Shown here: piece by piece, positions 34,552-42,849 of the stretch
Layout: each line of letters starts with the position of its first letter
Position numbering within the stretch: position 1 is the stretch's first letter
Source: an uncultured Candidatus Saccharibacteria bacterium
GTDB taxonomy: Bacteria; Patescibacteriota; Minisyncoccia; Phycocordibacterales; Phycocordibacteraceae
Direction: 5' to 3'
Assembly: GCA_964518755.1 (NCBI GenBank)
Contig: CAZFHH010000003.1
Span: 1-55,879 of the forward strand
DNA length: 55,879 nucleotides
Program-made: the position numbers and the translations under genes
Notes under the pieces: model-generated
Told to the model about the DNA's origin: nothing
The model's database searches: none
What the model saw: the letters and a program-made list of their open reading frames with translations, nothing else

Positions 34552-34623
34552 TGACCCCACGGGGAATCGAACCCCGATTTACGCCGTGAAAGGGCGCTGT
34601 CCTAGCCGTTAGACGATAGGGCC
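34552..34623 (-). tRNA. tRNA-Glu (anticodon UUC)
   Basis: The reverse complement reads GGCCCTATCGTCTAACGGCTAGGACAGCGCCCTTTCACGGCGTAAATCGGGGTTCGATTCCCCGTGGGGTCA. The acceptor stem has two G.U pairs. Confidence 0.85.
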
Positions 34624-34864
34624 AAACTTTATGTACTATGTATAGTATAGTTACATATTTTTATGAAAATAGCCAGAACATCACTGCGTTTTTGTTAAAA
34701 TCCGCATATATAATTTGGTTATAATTCGCCTTGTTCATAGACATTTGCACTTGATTTATTTTTAGGTATGTGGTAAGTTAATGGGGTAGGTCGATATTAG
34801 CCGGTCTAATAACTGGAAGGTTTTGTCTTTCACAAGATGAAATCTAACACCTATAATATAAAAT

Positions 34865-34975
34865 ATGAACCCAGACGACACAAACACAAACGGTCCTGCA
34901 ACTGAAGGGGAAGGAACTGATAATACAGCAACTTCTAATCCTGAGGGAAAAGAAACTGAAGAGCAAGCTGCCTAA
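34865..34975 (+). CDS. Small acidic low-complexity protein (36 aa), hypothetical
   Basis: MNPDDTNTNGPATEGEGTDNTATSNPEGKETEEQAA. Below the ORF-track size cutoff. A 24-bp-stem terminator begins 10 nt after its stop. Confidence 0.35.
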   Translation: MNPDDTNTNGPATEGEGTDNTATSNPEGKETEEQAA

Positions 34976-34984
34976 CACTTCTTT

Positions 34985-35037
34985 AAAGGATGCAGCCCTA
35001 TGTCTTTCACGAAAGACATAGGGCTGCATCCTTTTTT
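34985..35037 (+). terminator. Rho-independent terminator, 24-bp perfect stem followed by a T run
   Basis: AAAGGATGCAGCCCTATGTCTTTC-ac-GAAAGACATAGGGCTGCATCCTTT tttt. Confidence 0.85.
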
Positions 35038-35083
35038 GTGGCGCATATGTTAAAATGCCTACACGGGCACGGACGTCGTAATA

Positions 35084-35132
35084 AATGGGGTCAGAATGGG
35101 GGGGTCAGAATGGGGTCAGGAGCCATTTATTT
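35084..35132 (+). repeat. Three tandem GGGGTCAG units ending in dispersed-repeat copy B (35109..35132)
   Basis: aatGGGGTCAGaatgggGGGGTCAGaatGGGGTCAGGAGCCATTTATTT, ending 7 nt before tRNA-Ser. Confidence 0.85.
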
Positions 35133-35139
35133 ATTCAAT

Positions 35140-35226
35140 GGAGAGGTGGCTGAGTGGTTGAAGGCACCGGTTTCGAAAACCGGCATGGGGAAAACTTCAT
35201 CGAGGGTTCGAATCCCTCCCTCTCCG
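35140..35226 (+). tRNA. tRNA-Ser (anticodon CGA), long variable arm
   Basis: GGAGAGG acceptor, anticodon stem CCGGT/ACCGG with loop TTCGAAA, T-arm GAGGG-TTCGAAT-CCCTC. Confidence 0.9.
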
Positions 35227-35406
35227 CAAAACAAGAAGCGAAACACGATAGTGTCTCGTGACTATGTTTTTACGAAAGATGGAGAGATTCGAAAGCCGGA
35301 GCCGGTATACAAGACGAGCGAAGCGAGTGCTTGTCGGCGAGGCGGGGTCGCGAACACTTGGATATATTGCAACTAGTGCGTTGCACTATATCAAGTGATT
35401 TGTGAC

Positions 35407-35446
35407 CGAATCCCTCCCTCTCCGCAAAACAAGAAGCGAAACACGA
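35407..35446 (+). repeat. 40-nt exact duplicate of the tRNA-Ser 3' end plus trailer (first copy 35209..35248)
   Basis: CGAATCCCTCCCTCTCCGCAAAACAAGAAGCGAAACACGA occurs at both positions, 198 bp apart. Confidence 0.95.
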
Positions 35447-35487
35447 GCGGAGTATTGCGAGCGGAGTAGGCGCCTTTGTTTTGCGTT

Positions 35488-36216
35488 CTAGAAAAAACTT
35501 TCTGTGTAGAGTTTGTGTTGTGGCACATTTGAATTGCGAAGATCTTTCCAGATGTCACGTGTAAAATCTATGGAGCCACATATGAAAAAGTCCGTCTCAG
35601 TATGTTCTTGCACCGCATCAAGTATTTTTTCGGCGCTCACTCTGCCTTTTTTAAAATCTACAGGGATAATTTCTTCTCTTGTGAGGTGGTGGGTGATTGA
35701 GAGAGTTTCATTTTCGTTGTGAAGCTTGGTTAGTTCTTGCAAAAAGACGATATCATTTTTTGTTTTGTTTGAATAAATAAGGTGTACGCGCCGAGAATCA
35801 TTTGTGCGCATGAGATTTTGTATAATGCTCATCACTGGAGTGATGCCGATACCGCCCACAATAAATGCCATATCGTTCGTGTCAGATTTTTCAGGATAGA
35901 AAAATCCGTAGGGGATGCTTGTTTGCAATATGTCTCCCGTGGTATGAGCAAGTATCGCCGAGGAAAATTCACCCATCTTTTTAATGGCAATTCGCACAAG
36001 CGGTTCGTGTGGTGCACTCGCAATGCTGTATGCTTTTCCTTCTTGCGGAAGGGAGCCGGGAAGCTTAATGGTGAGATATTGCCCGGCAATAAATGGTGGG
36101 CGCTCGCCGACAGACTCTAAAAATAAACTTTGCACATCCGGTGCCTCGTCTTTTTTTTGTACTATTTTCCAATTGTGTGTTTGTTCAATTTCCATGTTCA
36201 TCATGTTGAGATTCAT
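35488..36216 (-). CDS. Ferredoxin-NADP reductase-like flavoprotein (FAD/NAD(P)-binding oxidoreductase)
   Basis: FIAGQYLTIKLPG, KAYSIASAP (RxYS-type), FIVGGIGITPVMSI (GGxGxxP). Start ambiguous (Met codons at 36216..36195); it overlaps the iscU end. Confidence 0.7.
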   Translation of the reverse strand: MNLNMMNMEIEQTHNWKIVQKKDEAPDVQSLFLESVGERPPFIAGQYLTIKLPGSLPQEGKAYSIASAPHEPLVRIAIKKMGEFSSAILAHTTGDILQTSIPYGFFYPEKSDTNDMAFIVGGIGITPVMSIIQNLMRTNDSRRVHLIYSNKTKNDIVFLQELTKLHNENETLSITHHLTREEIIPVDFKKGRVSAEKILDAVQEHTETDFFICGSIDFTRDIWKDLRNSNVPQHKLYTESFF

Positions 36217-36637
36217 AATCAAGAATTGCCTCGCGAAGTGCCTGGTGCCCCAGAACAGAGCAGTGGTACTTCTTATCGGGCAGTCCTCCGAGTCGTTCAA
36301 TAATCGCCTCCGGGGTCAGTCTTTTGGCATGTGCAATCGGCATACCGCCATCTTCCGTTGCCATGATTGACATCATTGATGTTGACGCAATTGCAGATGC
36401 ACACCCGAATGTTCGCCACCGACATTCTTTGATTGTGTTATTGTCTTTATTTACTTTAATCCAAACAACCATCATGTCTCCGCATGCCGGGCTCCCGACA
36501 ACTCCAACTCCGTCTGATACATACTCTTTTTCATCAATAAGAATATTTCGCGGGTGAAAGAAGTGGTCTTTCACTGTATCGTTATATAGCCATGAGGGTT
36601 GGCTGTTGCATGCGTAGACATCAGGTATTTTTTTCAT
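36185..36637 (-). CDS. iscU: Fe-S cluster scaffold protein IscU/NifU-like
   Basis: GVVGSPACGDMMVVWIKV ... WRTFGCASAIASTSM ... HCSVLGHQAL. Confidence 0.85.
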   Translation of the reverse strand: MKKIPDVYACNSQPSWLYNDTVKDHFFHPRNILIDEKEYVSDGVGVVGSPACGDMMVVWIKVNKDNNTIKECRWRTFGCASAIASTSMMSIMATEDGGMPIAHAKRLTPEAIIERLGGLPDKKYHCSVLGHQALREAILDYESQHDEHGN

Positions 36638-37850
36638 AATGTTTTTTTATATGTATTGTACTTGCCGTCATCTCTCTTAATCTTTTTACCACAGCACCAA
36701 GTGCGTGTGCCGTATAGGAAAGGTCCTCTTTGGTAGTGTCTTTGCCGAAAGAAAAGCGCAAACTCCCGTGAATGATTTCATCTGATCTGCCAATGGCGTG
36801 TAATACGTGTGATGGTGTCAAATCGTGTGCTGAACAAGCTGAACCGGTAGAACAACAGATGCCATACATATCAAGCATTAGTACTGCAGACTCTCCCTCA
36901 ATGTCGGGAATACATATGCTGACATTATTTGGCAGCCGCTTTGTTTTGTGTCCATTCAAAATCAAGTTTGGAATCTCTTTATATAAAAGGGGTATAAAAT
37001 GATTCTGTAGTTCCAGCAGATGTTGTGCGTTTGCGTCTGTGCCGGATACAGCGAGTTCCAGGGCTTTTGCAAGTCCCGCGGTAAGTGCAACATTTTCCGT
37101 TCCGCCGCGCAACCCATATTCTTGATTTCCACCAAGTATACGTGGTTCAAGCATAACTCCTTTTTTCTTATAAAGTATCCCAACACCCTTCGGTCCGTAT
37201 ATTTTTGACCCATTGAGTGTCATAAGGTCTACTCCCAATTCAGATGGGGAAACTGTAAGCATACCGGCAACTTGACATGCGTCTGTGTGCAGTAGTGGGG
37301 CTCGAGTGGCTGTACGCGAATAATGTTCGCGTATGTCATGAACAATTTCTTGTATTGGCTCAATGGTTCCAATCTCGTTATTCGCATACATGATTGATAC
37401 CAGAATTGTATCGTTACGCAAGGCACGTATAAGCTCATCTTTGCGAACGAGCCCATCTGTGTCTACCGGCAGGTATGTGACCGAAAAGCCGGCGCGCTCC
37501 AAGGAGCGCGCCGGCCCAAGCACCGCCTTGTGTTCAATTTCAGATACAATGATGTGCTTGCCATATTTTTTTTGCGCATGAGCGACGCCAAACAGTGCGA
37601 GATTATCCGATTCTGTACCACTGCCTGTGAATATTATTTCTTCGGGAGCCACTTCCAAAAGCTCCGCGACGCGCGTCCGCGCGGTGCGGAGCATATCATG
37701 AGCCTTTCTGCCCACATGATGTAAGGATGATGGGTTGCCATATGCACCCTCAAAAACAGGCCTCATTGCCTCCCATACTTTCAAATCAAGCGGGGTTGTC
37801 GCTGCGTTATCAAGATAAATGGTTTTTTGTTTTGTTAGCGTATTCGGCAT
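36621..37850 (-). CDS. iscS: Cysteine desulfurase (NifS/IscS)
   Basis: IYLDNAATTP, SGTESDNLA, TLNGSKIYGPKG (PLP lysine), SSGSACS. Confidence 0.9.
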   Translation of the reverse strand: MPNTLTKQKTIYLDNAATTPLDLKVWEAMRPVFEGAYGNPSSLHHVGRKAHDMLRTARTRVAELLEVAPEEIIFTGSGTESDNLALFGVAHAQKKYGKHIIVSEIEHKAVLGPARSLERAGFSVTYLPVDTDGLVRKDELIRALRNDTILVSIMYANNEIGTIEPIQEIVHDIREHYSRTATRAPLLHTDACQVAGMLTVSPSELGVDLMTLNGSKIYGPKGVGILYKKKGVMLEPRILGGNQEYGLRGGTENVALTAGLAKALELAVSGTDANAQHLLELQNHFIPLLYKEIPNLILNGHKTKRLPNNVSICIPDIEGESAVLMLDMYGICCSTGSACSAHDLTPSHVLHAIGRSDEIIHGSLRFSFGKDTTKEDLSYTAHALGAVVKRLREMTASTIHIKKHYEKNT

Positions 37851-38518
37851 GTTGTAACATATTTTTCCATAATGATTTTAATCTCTGCGAGCTCTTCATC
37901 ATTGTAGGTTGTCTTTTTGAGAAATGCCGGGTTTAGTAATTTGGTAGCGACAAATTTCTGAAGATAATATATCTTCGCTCCTTCAATGGCCTTGCCGATT
38001 TGGTGGAAGTCATCATACGAAAGTAATGACTTAATGACCGTGGTGCGGAATTCGTATGGTGTGTTACCAGCAATTAGCAATGCGATACTCTTTGCAATGT
38101 TTTCAATATCCACCGGGCGTGCAATCGTCTGCGTATATTTTTGTAGCGGAGCTTTTATGTCCATTGCAACATAGTCAACTAATTTCTCATCCATAAGCTG
38201 TGACAACATGTCCGGATGGGTTCCGTTACTGTCAAGTTTTACAAGAAACCCAAGTTCTTTTATCTTTCTTATAAATGGAATCAGGTCGTCATGCAGTGTT
38301 GGCTCACCACCGGTTATGGTGACCGCATCAAGCTTTCCAATCCTCTTTTCAAGAAATGTAAAAAACTCATTTTGTGGGAGTTCTTTCGCAGTCTCATCAA
38401 CCAATTCGGGATTATGGCAGTATGGGCATCGGAAATTACAGCCTATGGTGAATACAATCGCACATATTTTTCCCGGATAATCAATCAACGAGCTTTTCTG
38501 CAGTCCACCTATGCGCAT
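37835..38518 (-). CDS. nrdG: Anaerobic ribonucleoside-triphosphate reductase activating protein (radical SAM)
   Basis: GCNFRCPYCHNPEL (CxxxCxxC), ITGGEPTL. Confidence 0.88.
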   Translation of the reverse strand: MRIGGLQKSSLIDYPGKICAIVFTIGCNFRCPYCHNPELVDETAKELPQNEFFTFLEKRIGKLDAVTITGGEPTLHDDLIPFIRKIKELGFLVKLDSNGTHPDMLSQLMDEKLVDYVAMDIKAPLQKYTQTIARPVDIENIAKSIALLIAGNTPYEFRTTVIKSLLSYDDFHQIGKAIEGAKIYYLQKFVATKLLNPAFLKKTTYNDEELAEIKIIMEKYVTTCRIR

Positions 38519-40662
38519 GTATTCGCTTTAACTTCTTTTACTGAAACCGGTGGTATGGTTTTTCTGTCATCGTATTCCGCTTTTTTCCCTTTGTTCCATT
38601 GCGAGACAGGGCGCAAATATCCGACAATACGTGTATATATTTCACATTCTTCACCACATCTCGGACAGTTAGTCACTTCACCATGCAGATATCCGTGTGT
38701 ATTACAGACGCTAAATGTCGGTGACAAGGTGAAATATGGAAGACGATATGTGTTACAAATCTTTTTTACCAATTGCTTCACAACCTCGGGGTCATCTATG
38801 CGCTCGCCAAGGAAGAAATGGATAACCGTACCGCCAGTATATTTTGTTTGTAGTTCATCTTGAAGGTCAAGGATTTCAAAGACATCATCGGTGTGTGCTA
38901 CGGGCAGGTGAGTTGAGTTTGTGTAGTATGGATCGGTAACTTCCTTTCCGGTTCCATTTGCAAAAATCATATCATCGTATCTTTTCTGGTCTAAAAGAGC
39001 GAGGCGATAGGAAGTTCCTTCAGCCGGCGATGCTTCCAGGTTGTAATTATTTCCGGTTTCTTCCTGGTAATCCGAGAGGCGTTCACGCATTCGTGTAAGA
39101 ATTTCTTCAGCAAACGCGCGTCCTTCTTCTGACGCTATGTTTACACCCAAAAGATTTTCAAGTGCTTCGTTGGTACCAACCAGTCCGATTGTAGAGAAAT
39201 GATTTACCCAATATGAGCCCAAAAGCGTCTTTATGCTCTCAAGATAGTATTTTGTATATGGATAGAGATTATGGTTAGTCATATGCTCTAATACTTTGCG
39301 CTTTATTTCAAGACTTTCTTTGGCAATATCCATTTGCACGAATAATTTTTTCAAAAACTCCTCTTTCGTTTTCGCGTCTTTACCAATACGCGGAAGATTT
39401 ATTGTCACAACTCCAATGGAGCCCGTGAGCGGGTTTGCACCGAAAAGACCACCACCTCGCTTTGTGAGCTCTCTGTTATCAATACGCAGCCGGCAACACA
39501 TTGAACGCGCGTCATCGGGGCTCATGTCAGAATTAATGAAGTTTGAAAAGTACGGTATTCCGTATTTTGCGGAGACTTCCCACAAGTTTGCGACACGGTC
39601 ATTGTCCCAATCGAAATCTTCCGTGATGTTGTATGTTGGGATTGGGAATGTAAACACGCGTCCCGCCGCGTCTCCCTCGCTCATCACTTCCAAGAACGCT
39701 TTGTTGAAAGTATCCATCTCTCGTTGAAACTCCGAGTATGTTTCTTTCTCCATGGCACCTCCGCGCACAACTTGCATTTTTTCATAATACTTCGGCACCG
39801 TGAGGTCAAGGGTTATGTTTGTAAATGGTGTTTGAAAACCAACTCTCGTTGGAACGTTTATGTTGAACACAAACTCTTGTAGCGCTTGTTTTACTTCCTC
39901 ATACGAAAGGTGGTCATAATAAATGAATGGAGCAAGAAGTGTGTCTACATTTGAGAACGCTTGTGCCCCGGCAGCTTCGCCTTGAAGAGTGTAGAAAAAA
40001 TTTACAACTTGTCCGAGCGCACTACGGAAGTGCCTTGGGGCTTTGCTCTGAACTTTTCCTCCTACGCCGCCGAACCCGCGAAGCAAAAGATCATACAAAT
40101 CCCATCCAACACAGTATACGGAAAGGATACTCAAGTCATGCAAATGCAAATCACCGGATAAGTGTGCTTGTTTTATTTCCGGTGGATAGATTTTATCAAG
40201 CCAATACGTTTTGCTTATTTCTGAGGCGATATAGTTATTAAGCCCTTGCAAAGAAAATGCCATGTTGCTGTTTTCTTTCACTTTCCAATCTGCGCGATCA
40301 AGATATTTATCTACGAGGTCAACGGTTTCGGTATCAATCATGCGACGAATGTGCGCGTGTTGGTCGCGATAGAGAATGTACCCCTTTGCGGTCTCCGCAA
40401 GGTTCTGTCCGATGAGTTCTTTTTCAATCATGTCTTGTGTTCCTTCAACGGTCGGTACAAAATCCGCATCATTTTTTTGCGATAGCTCAAGCGTACGCAA
40501 AACAGATTTGGTTATTTTTTCCGGTATCCCTTTTTTATATTCTCCGGACGCGCGAAGTGCTTTTTCTATTGCACGTACAATTTTTCTAGGTATAAAAATG
40601 ACTGATAACCCGTTTCGTTTTGTTATGTGTGTAATTGTTGTGTCCGGTGTTGTTGTGTTCAT
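38509..40662 (-). CDS. nrdD: Anaerobic (class III) ribonucleoside-triphosphate reductase
   Basis: N-terminal ATP-cone-like ITKRNGLSVIF. C-terminal zinc ribbon CPRCGEEC and glycyl-radical motif TRIVGYLRPV. Start moved to MNTTTPD at 40662. Confidence 0.9.
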   Translation of the reverse strand: MNTTTPDTTITHITKRNGLSVIFIPRKIVRAIEKALRASGEYKKGIPEKITKSVLRTLELSQKNDADFVPTVEGTQDMIEKELIGQNLAETAKGYILYRDQHAHIRRMIDTETVDLVDKYLDRADWKVKENSNMAFSLQGLNNYIASEISKTYWLDKIYPPEIKQAHLSGDLHLHDLSILSVYCVGWDLYDLLLRGFGGVGGKVQSKAPRHFRSALGQVVNFFYTLQGEAAGAQAFSNVDTLLAPFIYYDHLSYEEVKQALQEFVFNINVPTRVGFQTPFTNITLDLTVPKYYEKMQVVRGGAMEKETYSEFQREMDTFNKAFLEVMSEGDAAGRVFTFPIPTYNITEDFDWDNDRVANLWEVSAKYGIPYFSNFINSDMSPDDARSMCCRLRIDNRELTKRGGGLFGANPLTGSIGVVTINLPRIGKDAKTKEEFLKKLFVQMDIAKESLEIKRKVLEHMTNHNLYPYTKYYLESIKTLLGSYWVNHFSTIGLVGTNEALENLLGVNIASEEGRAFAEEILTRMRERLSDYQEETGNNYNLEASPAEGTSYRLALLDQKRYDDMIFANGTGKEVTDPYYTNSTHLPVAHTDDVFEILDLQDELQTKYTGGTVIHFFLGERIDDPEVVKQLVKKICNTYRLPYFTLSPTFSVCNTHGYLHGEVTNCPRCGEECEIYTRIVGYLRPVSQWNKGKKAEYDDRKTIPPVSVKEVKANTCA

Positions 40663-40717
40663 GATTATTTTTTTAGGTTGGCAAAAAGAAAAAACACTCT
40701 CCGTACTTATAAGTATA

Positions 40718-40735
40718 CATGCATTGCAATGCATG
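40718..40735. promoter_or_regulatory. 18-bp perfect palindrome CATGCATTGCAATGCATG, 56-73 nt upstream of the nrdD start; the adjacent 12-bp palindrome TACTTATAAGTA is at 40704..40715
   Basis: Read directly. It lies in the only sizeable non-coding gap upstream of the five-gene operon. Confidence 0.35.
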
Positions 40736-40878
40736 CGTATGTGGATAACAAAACAGAAAACAATACCGGGGAAAGTCTAGAACAGAAGCTCTGTAAACGT
40801 ATGTTTTATAAGTGTTTTATAAGCAAAATGCGGGAAATTTGTGGAAAATAATTATAAAAACGAGTGCCTCTGCCGGTA

Positions 40879-41370
40879 CTACGCATTGCACTCTTTGCAG
40901 TATCCCATAATACGGCTGGACGCATGATATATTCCCCAAAGCACAAGAACAATTGCGATTAGTATGAAATAAGATTGATATTCATTTACAACGAACGCAC
41001 TTCCGGCTGATCCAAAAATACCAAGAAACCCGATGGCGCACGGTACACACGTTACGCTTGTTAATATCCCGGCGGAAATTCCAGAGAGTATGCCCATTCC
41101 ACCATGTCCAACGGCTTTCATGCCGTACTTGTGTGAACTACGGAAAGAAAATATTTGCATGAGAACAAGCAATGATGTTGTTAGGGACAGAAAAATAAAT
41201 AAAATATAATCAATTGGAGCGTATAGGCTCAGCTGGAACGCAAGCGTGTTTCCCGGGATTGTTAATACTGGGATAGAAACATATAGCGCCAGCAAGAGTA
41301 TCACCAGTACGACGAATGCGATTTTATAAGTTCGTTTTGTCAGAGTGGTTTTAATTGCGGATGTTAGCAT
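40879..41370 (-). CDS. Hypothetical polytopic membrane protein with two CxxC motifs
   Basis: 4-5 TM segments. VTCVPCAIG lies within a TM segment and the C-terminus ends in YCKECNA. Confidence 0.5.
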   Translation of the reverse strand: MLTSAIKTTLTKRTYKIAFVVLVILLLALYVSIPVLTIPGNTLAFQLSLYAPIDYILFIFLSLTTSLLVLMQIFSFRSSHKYGMKAVGHGGMGILSGISAGILTSVTCVPCAIGFLGIFGSAGSAFVVNEYQSYFILIAIVLVLWGIYHASSRIMGYCKECNA

Positions 41371-41488
41371 GTGAACATGTATTGTATGTATTGTAAGTGT
41401 GCGCATCTTTAATAGGATAGCATGTTATCCACTAATAATTATAAAAATAACATTGACACTCATTTGTGTCCGGAGATATACTTAAAAG

Positions 41489-41959
41489 ATGAAATCATTA
41501 AATGCAAAACAGTTTGCAGTGCTACGTATTATTTTCGGGTTTGTATGGCTCATTGACGCAGGGTTCAAATGGCAGTCTGCTTTTCTTAATAATTTTGTCA
41601 GCTATCTTGTTCAGGGTGCTCAAGGTCAACCTGCCACAGTACATGCGTGGATTAGTTTCTGGATTCATGTCGTATCCACAGATCCTCATCTTTTCGCGGT
41701 AATCGTTGCTCTTGCAGAAACGGCAATCGCAATAAGTCTTATTTTGGGGCTGTTCACCAGAGTTGCAATAATCGGCGGAATCATACTTTCGTTTACAATC
41801 TGGTCAACCGCGGAAGGGTTTGGTGGTCCATACGTTACGGGCTCAACCGATATCGGGGCTTCCATTATTTATATGTTAGTCTTTGCTTCGTTGTGGATTG
41901 GTAAAAGTTGGAGCTCTTGCAGTATTGATTCCAAACTTCCTTTCCTGCAGAAAAACTGA
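41489..41959 (+). CDS. DoxX/DoxD-like membrane protein
   Basis: FAVLRIIFGFVWLIDAGFKW, 4 TM segments, 156 aa. Confidence 0.5.
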   Translation: MKSLNAKQFAVLRIIFGFVWLIDAGFKWQSAFLNNFVSYLVQGAQGQPATVHAWISFWIHVVSTDPHLFAVIVALAETAIAISLILGLFTRVAIIGGIILSFTIWSTAEGFGGPYVTGSTDIGASIIYMLVFASLWIGKSWSSCSIDSKLPFLQKN

Positions 41960-41978
41960 TTTCAAGAGATTAATCAGT

Positions 41979-42032
41979 CGCTTTTTAACACAACAGAGCA
42001 CGCATCGGCGTGCTCTGTTGTGTTAAAAAGCG
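41979..42032. terminator. Bidirectional terminator hairpin, 25-bp perfect stem
   Basis: CGCTTTTTAACACAACAGAGCACGC-atcg-GCGTGCTCTGTTGTGTTAAAAAGCG. Confidence 0.75.
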
Positions 42033-42036
42033 CGCG

Positions 42037-42849
42037 CTACTTTATGATGCCGAAATGAGTAAGTCCTTCAATGATTCCTGACGAATAGTTTCCATTTTTT
42101 TGTGGAGTGCCCGTTGCGATATATAAACTATCAAAACAGCCCACTTCGGAAACTCGCTTTGTCACTTCTTCTTTTACTTCCTCTGGGGCGTTTTTAACCA
42201 AGATAGATTTATAGCAACGTGATAGTGGAAGTATGTCATTTCCGCTATCACCGCAATAAAATGTTTGTTCTTTTTCAAACCCTTCTTTTGTGCGCAAAAA
42301 CTCAACTGCTCCGGCCTTTGTCGCTGTTGTTGGAATAATATCAATAAGTCCGACATTGTTGGCGAGCGGGTCAATGCTCCAGAGCACCTGTGCGGTGACG
42401 TCTTCATTTGAGAGGGCGGAATGTATTTTTTTAAATAGCTCGTCTTTTTGGGTGTGGTCGGATAGGTAATAACTTATTTTAAACTCATTTTGTTTTTCAT
42501 CTTCTTGAGGCGAAAGGGTGTCGTGCGCACCAATGGAGGACACTATGAGCTCCCTCTTCCAATTTTTTTGTGTAGAAAGAATATACTCGCGCCATCGCGT
42601 GTCGGTTATGAGCTCATTGCCGGATTTTCTGTATAAGGAGGTACCAACCTCTGCTACAAGAAAATCCGGCAATGGAATGTGCCATGTGCGCATGGCTTCT
42701 TGCACCATTGAGAGATTTCTTCCGGTTGCATAGCCCAGAACATGGGGAACCGTTTCCAGTTTTTCAAACAATTCCGGAATACTTTTATCATCAGGGTATG
42801 GTCCGTTTGGCAAAAGTGTCCTGTCCAAATCTGTAGCAAGAAAAATCAT
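42037..42849 (-). CDS. HAD-IIB phosphatase, sucrose-phosphate-phosphatase-like (S6PP family pattern)
   Basis: MIFLATDLDRTLLPNG, GYATGRNLSMV, FYCGDSGNDILPL. Confidence 0.6.
   Translation of the reverse strand: MIFLATDLDRTLLPNGPYPDDKSIPELFEKLETVPHVLGYATGRNLSMVQEAMRTWHIPLPDFLVAEVGTSLYRKSGNELITDTRWREYILSTQKNWKRELIVSSIGAHDTLSPQEDEKQNEFKISYYLSDHTQKDELFKKIHSALSNEDVTAQVLWSIDPLANNVGLIDIIPTTATKAGAVEFLRTKEGFEKEQTFYCGDSGNDILPLSRCYKSILVKNAPEEVKEEVTKRVSEVGCFDSLYIATGTPQKNGNYSSGIIEGLTHFGIIK

Noticed and set aside
38509-40734. The upstream start of nrdD at 40734 (MHCNACILIS...), together with similar 5' extensions at 5514, 16663, 14547, 50267, 31908 and 32749
   Set aside because: - The extensions are not conserved-looking.
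- They overlap upstream genes or palindromes.
- Each is followed by an internal Met that begins the recognisable domain.
- I adjusted the starts accordingly.
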